In this document: in pieces, positions 40,341 through 48,469 of the stretch
How positions within the stretch are numbered: position 1 is the stretch's first letter
How the letters are laid out: each line of letters starts with the position of its first letter
Virus record (IMG/VR): IMGVR_UViG_3300029922_000015
Span: 32,001-96,000 of that record
Length of the DNA: 64,000 bases
Direction: 5' to 3' (one strand)
Origin: a virus
Notes under the pieces: model-generated
Database searches by the model: none
Seen by the model: the letters and a program-made list of their open reading frames with translations, nothing else
Told to the model about the DNA's origin: nothing
Position numbers and translations under genes: made by a program

Positions 40341-41537
40341 TTATTGCCAAACGTGAACCCAATCAACATTGATTGGCTGATTTGGGCCACCCTGTAGTAA
40401 CAAGAACATTGACTGGATTTCTTGGGCGGTCAACTTGCTTCCCGTTCCGGTTGCAAAACGGGTTACACCACCCGCATGAACAACTAACTTATTATCATAA
40501 TAAAATTCAATATATCCCGTTCCGGTTCCAGTTGAAACCCACAAGCCGCCATAAGTATGCCAAGCCCCATCCGTAGGAGATGGAGATTCGCTCGATCCCT
40601 GCAAGCTCATCATTTGGTTTTCATTATCCGTATTAGCTATATCTGAGTCGTTATAACTATTAGCGGGATAATTCCAAGTATGGATTGTATTGATTGGATC
40701 AAACGTTGTTGAACTTAGGGGATAAGCTTCAAAAAAGTCTAATTCGCTTACCAAAGTAGCAGGGTGAGTTGCGGGATTCGTTGCGAAGAAGTTAGTTCCC
40801 CAAGCCCAAAATCCGGGCCAAGTTGCCGCGCTAGGATCATCAGGAGTTGAATTAAATTGAATACGAGCTTCAAAATAACCATGTTCCCAAGAACCGGCTG
40901 TCGTTCCGGGTGCGGAATTAGGTGGCATTGTTTCTACGTTGCCGCCTACTACGTTTAAAATACCATTCGCGCCCGCTAACGCGCCAGTTCCGGCTCCTGT
41001 ATTAACGGTTGCTTTGGTTGCTGGAGCCCAAAAAGAAGGATACCAATTAAATCCATTCGTAGCAGAACCTAATGTTACAGTGTCGGATGTAAAATCATCA
41101 TTAAAAATTAAATTGTGAAACCCCGCCGCGCTAGCTTGAGAAGGAACGGTAACTCCAGAAGGCGTTACGCCCGTTGGAGATGTTCCGCTAGTACCAGTGG
41201 GTTGAACGTTAACTCCTGATAGTTGAGCTTCGAGCGAAGTAATTTCGCTATTTAATCCAACAATTTGTGTCTTTAAACTAGACACTTGGGAATTAAGTCC
41301 GCTATTAACCGTTGTTAGAGAAGCATTAGAACTTTGTAGCGAGACGATTTGGCCGCTGGCTGTCACTAATTGACCGTTAAGGCTTGAAATTTGTGAGACG
41401 TAATTTCCTGTGGTATTAGCTAATCCACTATAATTAGAAATTACCGTTGAAAGTCCGCCTGTTTGATTGGCTAAAATAGCAATTTCGCCAATGGTTGAAA
41501 GTAATACACTTAAATCGTTTTGTTGTGCCGTAGTCAT
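40341..41537 (-). CDS. GH16 glycoside hydrolase with N-terminal coiled coil
   Basis: IFNDDF, GYFEARI, WPGFW, ELDFFE, WHTYG and VDWVHVWQ motifs; start from GTGTAA-N8-ATG. Confidence 0.85.
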   Translation of the reverse strand: MTTAQQNDLSVLLSTIGEIAILANQTGGLSTVISNYSGLANTTGNYVSQISSLNGQLVTASGQIVSLQSSNASLTTVNSGLNSQVSSLKTQIVGLNSEITSLEAQLSGVNVQPTGTSGTSPTGVTPSGVTVPSQASAAGFHNLIFNDDFTSDTVTLGSATNGFNWYPSFWAPATKATVNTGAGTGALAGANGILNVVGGNVETMPPNSAPGTTAGSWEHGYFEARIQFNSTPDDPSAATWPGFWAWGTNFFATNPATHPATLVSELDFFEAYPLSSTTFDPINTIHTWNYPANSYNDSDIANTDNENQMMSLQGSSESPSPTDGAWHTYGGLWVSTGTGTGYIEFYYDNKLVVHAGGVTRFATGTGSKLTAQEIQSMFLLLQGGPNQPINVDWVHVWQ

Positions 41538-41581
41538 ACTGACCATTACACCCCTTAGCATCTTTGGGAATAACTATAAAT

Positions 41582-41669
41582 TGGTGCGGCTAGCGAGAAT
41601 CGGACTCGCAATCCCTCGCGGGCGACAGATTTTAAGTCTGTTGTGTATACCTAGTTCCACCATAACCGC
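41582..41669 (-). tRNA. tRNA-Leu(TAA)
   Basis: Cloverleaf with V-arm. Confidence 0.9.
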
Positions 41670-41672
41670 AAA

Positions 41673-41858
41673 TTATCTTAAATGTGGATTATAATCCACT
41701 ATCGAAAATCCAAAAACTATTTGAAGAAGCCAAAGAACAACCAAGACAATTACTACAATATTAATTATCTTTTTAATGGTAGCGTCCATCGGAATGTAGG
41801 TATTCGCTAACCAAAGCAAAAATCCGATAAGAATAAGAGTTATTACTATACTAATCAT
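41673..41858 (-). CDS. Small two-TM membrane protein
   Basis: MISIVITLILIGFLLWLANTYIPMDATIKKIINIVV; start from GTGTAA-N8-ATG. Confidence 0.7.
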   Translation of the reverse strand: MISIVITLILIGFLLWLANTYIPMDATIKKIINIVVIVLVVLWLLQIVFGFSIVDYNPHLR

Positions 41859-41886
41859 ATCTATATTTACACTAGAATGACAAAAA

Positions 41887-41960
41887 TGGTATCCCGCCCC
41901 GGAATCGAACCGAGAAATCCGCTTTGGAAGAGCGGCATTATGCCGTTTAACTAGCGAGAT
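41887..41960 (-). tRNA. tRNA-Gly(TCC) with atypical acceptor stem
   Basis: CCGCT-CTTCCAA-AGCGG; acceptor ATCTCGC/GCGGGAT, A73. Confidence 0.8.
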
Positions 41961-41970
41961 ATAAATTAAA

Positions 41971-42065
41971 TCATACAACGGCGCTTCGCCTCTCCAAGCC
42001 ACCCCACTAAGCCCGAATCGAACGGGAATGCTAGAACGCGCGTATGGCTGCTTTTCGTTATATGA
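41971..42065 (-). ncRNA. Unclassified structured RNA with a T-loop
   Basis: TCATATAACG/CGTTGTATGA closing stem, AGCCAT/GTGGCT, CCCG-TTCGATT-CGGG. Confidence 0.5.
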
Positions 42066-42068
42066 AAA

Positions 42069-42151
42069 TGGTGCAAGTAACAGGACTCGAACCTGTGAAG
42101 CCGAAGCAGTGAATTTACAGTTCACCGGATTTGCCGCTCTCCAATACTTGC
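42069..42151 (-). tRNA. tRNA-Tyr(GTA)
   Basis: Cloverleaf with V-arm. Confidence 0.9.
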
Positions 42152-42157
42152 ATAAAG

Positions 42158-42246
42158 TGGCTCCTGCCGGATTCGAACCGGCGATTCGCGCCTATCTGGC
42201 GCTTGCAGGATATAAATCTGCTGTTTTGCCGCTAAACTAAGGAGCT
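42158..42246 (-). tRNA. V-arm-containing tRNA(TAT), nominally Ile
   Basis: Loop TTTATAT, GCGCC/GGCGC V-stem, A1:C72 mismatch. Confidence 0.75.
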
Positions 42247-42249
42247 AAA

Positions 42250-42326
42250 TGGTTGCGCAGGATGGATTCGAACCACCGATTTCGACCTTATGAGGATCGC
42301 GAGATAGGCCACTTCTCTACCGCACT
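42250..42326 (-). tRNA. Initiator-like tRNA-Met(CAT)
   Basis: A1:A72 mismatch; lacks the 3 G:C anticodon-stem pairs. Confidence 0.78.
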
Positions 42327-42332
42327 ATTAAA

Positions 42333-42394
42333 TGGTTGCAGAGATTGGAGTTTCACCAATTTTCGAGGCTCATGAGACTTCGGTAAACTCTGCA
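42333..42394 (-). tRNA. D-arm-less tRNA-like RNA (CAT)
   Basis: TGCAGAG/CTCTGCA-A-CCA acceptor, short TTTAC linker, loop CTCATGA, ATTGG/CCAAT T-stem; 62 nt. Confidence 0.7.
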
Positions 42395-42399
42395 TTAAA

Positions 42400-42476
42400 T
42401 GGTAACGGGGAAAGGATTTGAACCTCTGACCTTTTGGTTATGAGCCAAACGAGCTACCAGACTGCTCCACCCCGCA
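42400..42476 (-). tRNA. Initiator tRNA-fMet(CAT)
   Basis: U1:U72 mismatch, GGAGCAGTCTGGTAGCTCG D-arm, TTCAAAT T-loop. Confidence 0.88.
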
Positions 42477-42549
42477 ATTAAATCAAACGAACTAAGGTAA
42501 GTGCATACTTTTTCAGGTCGGGCTTTACGACTGCTCCCTAGTTCTCAAA

Positions 42550-42629
42550 TGGTAGCCCAAATAGGATTCGAACCTACATATTATTCCGTTATGCTCCCAT
42601 CGCTTCGAAGGCGCGGTCAATATTGGGCT
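42550..42629 (-). tRNA. Aberrant tRNA-like RNA, anticodon TCG (Arg)
   Basis: Perfect acceptor and T-arm with CCA; no canonical D-arm; CGC-CTTCGAA-GCG. Confidence 0.55.
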
Positions 42630-43179
42630 ATAAAATTTTATAAAATCTACACCATTTTCTTACGGCATTATCAGAAACTCCATATTTCTTTCCCGCCGCC
42701 ACAAAACTATGATCTACTAAAAATAATTGTAATTCTTCTTTAGAAGGCCATAAAACTTTTCTTCGTTTTTCATCATAAATTTTAGTAAATTTATTTTTAT
42801 AACGCTTACGAAATTCTATATTATTTTCTCTAAGAATTTTTTTTATCCTATAATAACTATAACTAGATTGATTAATTTCGAGCTTAATCAAAATTTCATT
42901 TATAGAAATTCCGCTATTATATAAATCTAATACTATATTATAATCTATTTTCTTAGAGGACTTTTGATTATTGACATTCGTTGTTGGTTCTTGACTGTGG
43001 CAATTAGGACATAGAAATTCAACATTTTCTATCCTATGATCTTCTGATTGCCCATTTTTATGATGTAATTCTAAAGTTAGTGTTTTACCTTGCCACTCCC
43101 CTTTATTCCCGCATCGGCAAATATACGGAATCAAATTTTCCCGTAATATTTTCTTTTTAAAAGTGCATCTCGAACTCAT
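42628..43179 (-). CDS. HNH homing endonuclease
   Basis: LELHHKNG...N..FLCPNCHS. Confidence 0.85.
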   Translation of the reverse strand: MSSRCTFKKKILRENLIPYICRCGNKGEWQGKTLTLELHHKNGQSEDHRIENVEFLCPNCHSQEPTTNVNNQKSSKKIDYNIVLDLYNSGISINEILIKLEINQSSYSYYRIKKILRENNIEFRKRYKNKFTKIYDEKRRKVLWPSKEELQLFLVDHSFVAAGKKYGVSDNAVRKWCRFYKIL

Positions 43180-43229
43180 AATATGTATTACATATTATAT
43201 GTTCTAAAGAGAAATTTATCTAATAAAAA

Positions 43230-43306
43230 TGGTGAACCATGCCCGATTTGAACGGGCAATCTCAAATTTCGTAGATTTGTGCTGTATCCAGTTTAGCTAA
43301 TGGTTC
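43230..43306 (-). tRNA. tRNA-Arg(ACG)
   Basis: Cloverleaf, CCA. Confidence 0.88.
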
Positions 43307-43313
43307 GTGAAAT

Positions 43314-43497
43314 TGGTGGCCCGATTGCTATTGACATTCTTTCGATAATATAATCAATAACTAACTAATAGACCGCTCCTGAGCCAACACGCCAATCTAG
43401 GTTCCAAGTTATCGACTTAGTTTAACCAGACTTGTCTATTAGTTTATTAAATATTGTCCCTACAGGTTCTAGACCCTTCAAGACTTTTCAATAATAA
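43314..43497 (-). ncRNA. ~185-nt rod-like RNA ending in ACCA (6S-like candidate)
   Basis: TATTGA/TCAATA outer stem, AACTAATAGAC/GTCTATTAGTT inner stem, internal bubble. Confidence 0.45.
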
Positions 43498-43499
43498 AA

Positions 43500-43576
43500 T
43501 GGTGGAGCATATCGGTATTGCGCCGATCTGATTCGAAGGTGCAAGCTTCGCGACCACCCTTGCAGTCCCATGCCCC
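43500..43576 (-). tRNA. tRNA-Ala(TGC)
   Basis: G3:U70 pair; atypical T-loop. Confidence 0.85.
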
Positions 43577-43585
43577 ATTTAAAAT

Positions 43586-43659
43586 TGGTACGCCCAAATC
43601 GAATCGAACGATTATCTAAGCTTTCAGAGAGCTTCGTCCTACCATTAGACGACAGGCGT
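43586..43659 (-). tRNA. tRNA-Gln(CTG)
   Basis: Cloverleaf, CCA. Confidence 0.85.
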
Positions 43660-44076
43660 GTTTACTAAAAAATTGCCTCCCATATGTGGCCCCGAATTAA
43701 TATGGGCCGTGTGCATATCGGAAGAAAAATTATCATTAGTCCCGATACGAGGCCAGAATTGATAATCGTAACTATCTTTTCGCACCGCTAATATCCTAAC
43801 ATCCCAAAAACCTTTAGGATCGGAATCGCGCCAAATTTGATTAGGTTTAAGTTTCTTCATAAATTTCCCTAACATCCTTTTCAGGATTCCAGAATACTTT
43901 ATCTGGATTCTTCATATAAAATTCAATCTTGGCCCGCACGGCTTTAGAATCGTGGAACGCGCACAAAGCGCCGAAAAACTGAGGCGGCATATTCGCCGTT
44001 ACCCATTCTCGACACTCCGCTGGAATATTCAGCAAAATATTCGCGCATTCCTTGGAAATCGTTTTTTGATTATCGT

Positions 44077-44409
44077 TCATTTTTGCCATGTAAAACCTCT
44101 ACCCTTACAAGACGAACAAGTTACTTGACTCCAACCTCTAGAATGATGAACGGTATTCCAACCGCCGTGTTCGCACTTAGTACAAGTAATTTTTTTATAT
44201 CCTCGTTCTTCCATGCTTTTAACATTTTCGGGAAGAACCATCGCTTGAGTATAATGAGAATATGAAATACCTTGAACGCTTCCGTTTTTTATTTGCATCG
44301 GGCCATTGACTTGCCAGCCTTGTTCTAACAAATTTTGAACGGCGTATTCTAAAGTTTGACAACCTTCGCAACTTAATACTCTATAATCTTTAGCTTGCAT
44401 AGAATTCAT
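44077..44409 (-). CDS. DUF1737-like protein with DnaJ-type zinc finger
   Basis: V..LLEQGWQVNG...YTQAMV; CxxC..CxxCxGxG. Confidence 0.55.
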   Translation of the reverse strand: MNSMQAKDYRVLSCEGCQTLEYAVQNLLEQGWQVNGPMQIKNGSVQGISYSHYTQAMVLPENVKSMEERGYKKITCTKCEHGGWNTVHHSRGWSQVTCSSCKGRGFTWQK

Positions 44410-44866
44410 CCAAAAACTTAAACAATTCTTTATTTTCTGTCATAAATACCCAACCGGACGTTCTATCTAAAGTGTCCGCGTATAAATCAACAAATCCCTG
44501 TCTAGTGCCATGAGGCTGTTCATTCTCTTGCAAATCTCTTCGAATAGCGGGAACAATATCGTCTCCGCGCATCGCCCAACTATCTCCATCTTTATGGGTT
44601 CGTCTGTCCGATAAATTTATATTGTCGGGCAACTGTCCAACTTTTTCTAAAGGAAAAACAGTCCCATAAGGAGCGCCTTGATCGTGATGATATTCAGTGA
44701 ATAAATATCGTTCGTTGAATTTCAATCTGATACCTATAAATCCTTCGTTTCCATCATAGGCACCTAAATCTAAATTTCTGCTACGGAGTTTATAAACGCC
44801 GCCCCTGACGCATTCCTTAAGGGGAATATAAGATTGATTATTCATCGCATTAAGGGGACTTTCCAT
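44390..44866 (-). CDS. Hypothetical protein
   Basis: ORF. Confidence 0.55.
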   Translation of the reverse strand: MESPLNAMNNQSYIPLKECVRGGVYKLRSRNLDLGAYDGNEGFIGIRLKFNERYLFTEYHHDQGAPYGTVFPLEKVGQLPDNINLSDRRTHKDGDSWAMRGDDIVPAIRRDLQENEQPHGTRQGFVDLYADTLDRTSGWVFMTENKELFKFLDEFYAS

Positions 44867-45054
44867 TTAAATCCTTTTCCCTCACAAGTCAAACAGGGTA
44901 TTAGAACGGGAAATTTTGGTTGATTCTCTTCGTGAACCCATTTTTCTTGTCTGCCTGTACCCTTACAAGCAAGACACTTATCTCTCGTATATCCACGAGC
45001 AATCAATCCTTCTTGCGCTTGAATTTCTTCTAGGAATTCTTTATCTGATTTCAT
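44842..45054 (-). CDS. DnaJ-type zinc-finger small protein
   Basis: CLACKGTG...CLTCEGKG; start taken at MKSDK. Confidence 0.55.
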   Translation of the reverse strand: MKSDKEFLEEIQAQEGLIARGYTRDKCLACKGTGRQEKWVHEENQPKFPVLIPCLTCEGKGFKWKVPLMR

Positions 45055-45060
45055 AAAAAG

Positions 45061-45138
45061 TGGCGGAAACAACGGGACTCGAACCCGCAAACCTTCCGCG
45101 TGACAAGCGGACGCTCTAACCAATTGAGCTATGCTTCC
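45061..45138 (-). tRNA. tRNA-Asp(GTC)
   Basis: Cloverleaf, G73. Confidence 0.92.
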
Positions 45139-45142
45139 AAAG

Positions 45143-45217
45143 TGGTACGCCGTGAGAATTTTGAAATCCCGGCCTGAGCTGTGTAAAAGCCCTGCTCTGC
45201 CTCTGAGCTAACGGCGC
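45143..45217 (-). tRNA. tRNA-Val(TAC)
   Basis: Cloverleaf, CCA. Confidence 0.85.
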
Positions 45218-45222
45218 GTAAA

Positions 45223-45558
45223 TTAATCTAAAAAAGGTTCAATGACAATCGCTCTATAAGTAATAGAGCCCGCATCTCTTCGAACCTCGCTAAAATGTTG
45301 AAGATATGGTTCCATCCCGTTCTTTACGTCGTCAACAAAATTATGAACCATTAATTTAACGTAACGTTTAGCCAAATCTGGCCCAAGGTTTCCACCTATT
45401 ACAATCGTCGTTTTCTCTGGCTTTGTTGAAATATTCTTTCCGGTAAAAGTAATTTCTGACTCATAAACGCCATCGGCGTAAGGACGTGGCTGGCCTTGAC
45501 GAATGTGCTTAACTAACACACAAAAATTGTATTCTGTCTTATTTGGATCGATTTCCAT
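45223..45558 (-). CDS. Hypothetical protein
   Basis: ORF; start taken at MEIDPNK. Confidence 0.5.
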   Translation of the reverse strand: MEIDPNKTEYNFCVLVKHIRQGQPRPYADGVYESEITFTGKNISTKPEKTTIVIGGNLGPDLAKRYVKLMVHNFVDDVKNGMEPYLQHFSEVRRDAGSITYRAIVIEPFLD

Positions 45559-45736
45559 TTTTTTTACCAGTACACTTGACACGAAGATAACAGGCTACGG
45601 CTAATGCGACGTAAACCCACGGCATTGTGATAATGATGACTTCGGATGGAGGCATATTAATTAAAGTTAACTAAATTGTATTTCATCTTGTTGCGGTTTT
45701 TCATTAAAAGAATGATAATTCTTTTTGATCAAAATG

Positions 45737-45943
45737 TCAAACTAAAAATGTACAAAGACCGCTATCTTGAATATGCCAAGAAACGGGCTCGCCGTGGGAA
45801 GTCTTCTTTCGGCGTTGATATTGGCTCGCGCAAACGCGCTGCTTTTTATCTTCCGAAAACTTCTCGACAGCGTAAGACTGTAAGCAACCACACATAAACT
45901 CATCTTGTTCCGCGTTATATTCGGAATCTTTATTAGGCTTCAT
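45737..45943 (-). CDS. Small hypothetical protein
   Basis: Start from GTGTAA-N8-ATG (MKPNKDS). Confidence 0.55.
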   Translation of the reverse strand: MKPNKDSEYNAEQDEFMCGCLQSYAVEKFSEDKKQRVCASQYQRRKKTSHGEPVSWHIQDSGLCTFLV

Positions 45944-45965
45944 GTAAACTATTACACTTCGAAAG

Positions 45966-46044
45966 TGGCCGCTTCCCTCAGAATCGAACTGAGGCTTCAA
46001 GTTTTTCAGACTCGTGTGCAAAGACCAAACTACACTAGGAAGCG
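45966..46044 (-). tRNA. tRNA-Phe(GAA)
   Basis: Cloverleaf; unusual C1:G72 and G73. Confidence 0.83.
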
Positions 46045-46048
46045 AAAA

Positions 46049-46131
46049 TGGAGCCGAGTGAGAGACTCTAACTCTCGATGTTTGTATGGCACATTACAAG
46101 TATGCTGGAATCGACGCTATCCGAACTCGGC
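46049..46131 (-). tRNA. tRNA-Thr(TGT) with long variable region
   Basis: GCATA-CTTGTAA-TGTGC; 12-nt variable region. Confidence 0.8.
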
Positions 46132-46841
46132 TTAAAATTTTTTTTAAAATCTTCAAATTGTTTTTTTGTATTATTTCCATATCCATATTTATTATGAAAT
46201 TGTCTATGAACTTTAATAGACAAAGTAATACCATTCTCTTCAATGAAACGTAAATCTGGATTATTATTATAACTTTCTAAATGATGAGCTACTATTTTTG
46301 TATTAACACCACTTATTTGACACGTAAAATTATCTCTTTCCCAAACGGCTTTACGCCATTTTATGTTACGGGGATCATGTCTATTTCTAATACGTTTCTC
46401 GTCTGATATATTCGAATTCTTTTTAAATCTTCCTCTATTAGTATTATTTATACATCCGCAAGACTTAGTGTTTCCGCTTTCCAGATTAAAAGCGGGAACT
46501 TCGATTTCTTTTCCGCAAGAGCACAAACACTTGCAATAACTTCTTCTACTCTGTTTAGTAAAAACTTCTTTCACTAAAAGATTAGAAAAATTTTTACCTA
46601 AAACCCTATTTCGAAGATCGGTTTTTCTCCGTTCTGTAAATAATTTTATTTTATTAAATTGCTTACATTTGCAAGAAGTAGTCAAGCCTCTTAAAACACT
46701 AGAAACTCTAACTTCTACAGCATTACCACAATCACATAAAAATAATCCTAATACATGAATATTTCGACTATCTTTACCTATTATTTTATTCAATGTCAAA
46801 TTACCGAATTTTTTATTAATAAGACGATCATATTTAGTCAT
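46068..46841 (-). CDS. HNH homing endonuclease
   Basis: Repeated CDCG..SC domains; WRKAVWERD..CQ, AHHL...NGITL..H..FH motifs. Confidence 0.85.
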   Translation of the reverse strand: MTKYDRLINKKFGNLTLNKIIGKDSRNIHVLGLFLCDCGNAVEVRVSSVLRGLTTSCKCKQFNKIKLFTERRKTDLRNRVLGKNFSNLLVKEVFTKQSRRSYCKCLCSCGKEIEVPAFNLESGNTKSCGCINNTNRGRFKKNSNISDEKRIRNRHDPRNIKWRKAVWERDNFTCQISGVNTKIVAHHLESYNNNPDLRFIEENGITLSIKVHRQFHNKYGYGNNTKKQFEDFKKNFKPSSDSVDSSILVMCHTNIES

Positions 46842-46898
46842 CTATATATTATAGATTTCTAAGTACAAAACGTCTACATTATCTTAAATTACAAAAAA

Positions 46899-46976
46899 TG
46901 GAGGCCCGCATCGGACTCGAACCGATGACCTTCCCCATACCAAGGGGATGTTCTAACCAGACTGAACTAGCAGGCC
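46899..46976 (-). tRNA. tRNA-Thr(GGT)
   Basis: Cloverleaf, CCA. Confidence 0.88.
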
Positions 46977-46981
46977 AAAAG

Positions 46982-47058
46982 TGGAGGCCCATATCAGATT
47001 TAAACTGATAACCTGAAATGTACGAAATTTCCGCTCTAATCATTGGAGCTAATGGGCC
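46982..47058 (-). tRNA. tRNA-Thr(CGT)
   Basis: Cloverleaf, CCA. Confidence 0.83.
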
Positions 47059-47063
47059 AAATA

Positions 47064-47137
47064 TTCGAGTGTGCGTCCGTACACCAAACGGGCAATCGCG
47101 TATTACCCTCGCCTGAATTGAACAGTTCCCTCTCGAA
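47064..47137 (-). ncRNA. Possible permuted tRNA-like RNA
   Basis: TTCGAG/CTCGAA closing stem, CTG-TTCAATT-CAG T-arm first, then two hairpins. Confidence 0.4.
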
Positions 47138-47139
47138 AG

Positions 47140-47213
47140 TGGTACTCCTACCAAGAGTCGAACTTGGGTAGCGCGCTTATCGGGCGTGTGCTCTACCATT
47201 GAGCTATAGGAGT
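47140..47213 (-). tRNA. tRNA-Ile(GAT)
   Basis: Cloverleaf; C33. Confidence 0.87.
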
Positions 47214-47220
47214 AATAAAG

Positions 47221-47294
47221 TGGTTCCCTCGTGTCGATTCGGACGACAAATAAACGGGCCAAAACCGTTTGTGATACCATTTCACTACAAGAGA
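47221..47294 (-). tRNA. tRNA-Gln(TTG)
   Basis: U1:A72 pair, AACGG-TTTTGGC-CCGTT. Confidence 0.85.
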
Positions 47295-47299
47295 GTAAA

Positions 47300-47383
47300 T
47301 CAACAAGAAATATCCTAAACCACTAGAAGACTCTTACTCCATGAGTAAGAGGATGGATTCGAACCACCGTCTTTTCTTTTAAA
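47300..47383 (-). ncRNA. Circularly permuted tRNA mimic (YrlA-like) 1
   Basis: Order: AGAAA, GGTGG-TTCGAAT-CCATC, CTCTTACTC-ATG-GAGTAAGAG, TTCT-AGTGGTTT-AGGA, TTTCT. Confidence 0.75.
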
Positions 47384-47388
47384 TCAAA

Positions 47389-47457
47389 ATCGTCAAGTGT
47401 TTTACTATTAAACTATGGCATCTAACCACCAAGGATTTGCACCTAGAACTCCTGACT
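47389..47457 (-). ncRNA. Circularly permuted tRNA mimic (YrlA-like) 2
   Basis: GTCAGG, CTAGG-TGCAAAT-CCTTG, closed acceptor, GTTT-AATAGTA-AAAC, CTTGAC. Confidence 0.7.
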
Positions 47458-47462
47458 TTAAA

Positions 47463-47537
47463 TGGCACCCAAGCTTCGATTCGAACGAAGAACAGCCGTG
47501 TTAACAGCACGGAACTCTACCATTGAGCTACTCGGGT
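47463..47537 (-). tRNA. tRNA-Asn(GTT)
   Basis: Cloverleaf, G73. Confidence 0.9.
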
Positions 47538-47547
47538 ATAAAATTTT

Positions 47548-47695
47548 TCCTTATCCGCGACAATTTAATTGCACCTTGTACCATTAGAATATGATAATAA
47601 CGCAGAACAATGCGTTCAACTTGAATAACTATTTGCAATCCTCGTCAAATGACGCGCCGACGCCAATGACTACTCCACTGTTTCACGGATAAGAA
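47548..47695 (-). ncRNA. Unclassified structured RNA
   Basis: CTTATCCGTGA/TCGCGGATAAG closing stem with several internal hairpins. Confidence 0.45.
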
Positions 47696-47697
47696 AG

Positions 47698-47774
47698 TGG
47701 TGCGCCTAGCAGGAGTCGAACCTGCAAAACCAAAGCTCTCGACCTTGTATGTATGCCAATTCCATCATAGGCGC
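47698..47774 (-). tRNA. tRNA-Leu(GAG) lacking the V-arm
   Basis: Leu-type D-arm (TGGAATTGGCATAC), A73, 5-nt variable loop, C33. Confidence 0.8.
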
Positions 47775-47903
47775 GTAAAACGATAAGCAAGTCAATATAC
47801 CCTCTCCTTGATCCTATATCTCCATCACAAACGCCTTACCGTTTGTACCGACGTAATAATATAGTCATGTTATGACTTATCAGAGCGATTAGCTTATCTA
47901 AAA

Positions 47904-47989
47904 TGGTGCACCTAGAGGGAATCGAACCCCCACGCCTTGCGGCATACGATCCTAAGTCGTAAGCGTCTGCCTAGTTCCGCCACAGGTGC
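47904..47989 (-). tRNA. tRNA-Leu(TAG)
   Basis: Cloverleaf with V-arm. Confidence 0.92.
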
Positions 47990-47997
47990 ATTAAATT

Positions 47998-48075
47998 TGG
48001 TCGGGCTGGTGGGACTCAAACCCACGGTAATACTTGATCCCAAATCAAGCGCCATCGTCACTAGGCGACAGCCCG
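47998..48075 (-). tRNA. tRNA-Pro(TGG)
   Basis: C1:G72 pair, cloverleaf. Confidence 0.88.
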
Positions 48076-48082
48076 ATAAAAT

Positions 48083-48150
48083 TAATCCCGGTAAGACTGG
48101 AACTTACATATTTGGCTTTGTGGGCTTGCCTCTAATTGGGCTACGGGAAA
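48083..48150 (-). pseudogene. Degenerate tRNA-like element
   Basis: TCCCG/CGGGA acceptor, GCC/GGC D-stem, GTAAG/CTTAC T-stem, collapsed anticodon arm, no CCA. Confidence 0.4.
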
Positions 48151-48332
48151 ATTACTTATAAAACAAACTAATCGCAATGTAAATTGCGACGAAATATTCG
48201 AAATTGGTATGACAGGATAACACTATCAAAAACCACAGTCCAATCTTGAACCAATGTAAAAATTTATTTTTGTCCATTCTCTAATTATACGGTTTCCCCG
48301 ATAAAAAGTCAACTCGAAGTGTAATAAGAGTT

Positions 48333-48467
48333 ATGAACTCATTCGAACGTTGTGTTATCTATATCTGCTTGACTGTCTTGATGTTATCTATCCTACATAT
48401 CGCCGCCAGCGTTGGGCTTATGTATTTTCTAGCGTCTAATCAAATTCCGATTCCTACCGGACAATAA
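48333..48467 (+). CDS. 44-aa single-TM peptide (not in ORF track)
   Basis: GTGTAA-N8-ATG start; MNSFERCVIYICLTVLMLSILHIAASVGLMYFLASNQIPIPTGQ. Confidence 0.5.
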   Translation: MNSFERCVIYICLTVLMLSILHIAASVGLMYFLASNQIPIPTGQ

Positions 48468-48469
48468 AT

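Noticed and set aside
41971-42065. SRP (4.5S) RNA based on AAGCAGCC
   Set aside because: The upstream CAGG and GNRA-capped domain IV helix are missing
46879-47280. 133-aa ORF-track protein (similarly 33703-33888, 48440-48634 and the 5' extensions of 41673-42125, 44842-45123 and 45737-46021)
   Set aside because: These are chance reading frames through tRNA genes
47855-47886. Hammerhead ribozyme (CTGATAA-GTCAT/ATGAC stem)
   Set aside because: The core lacks CUGANGA and the following GAAA
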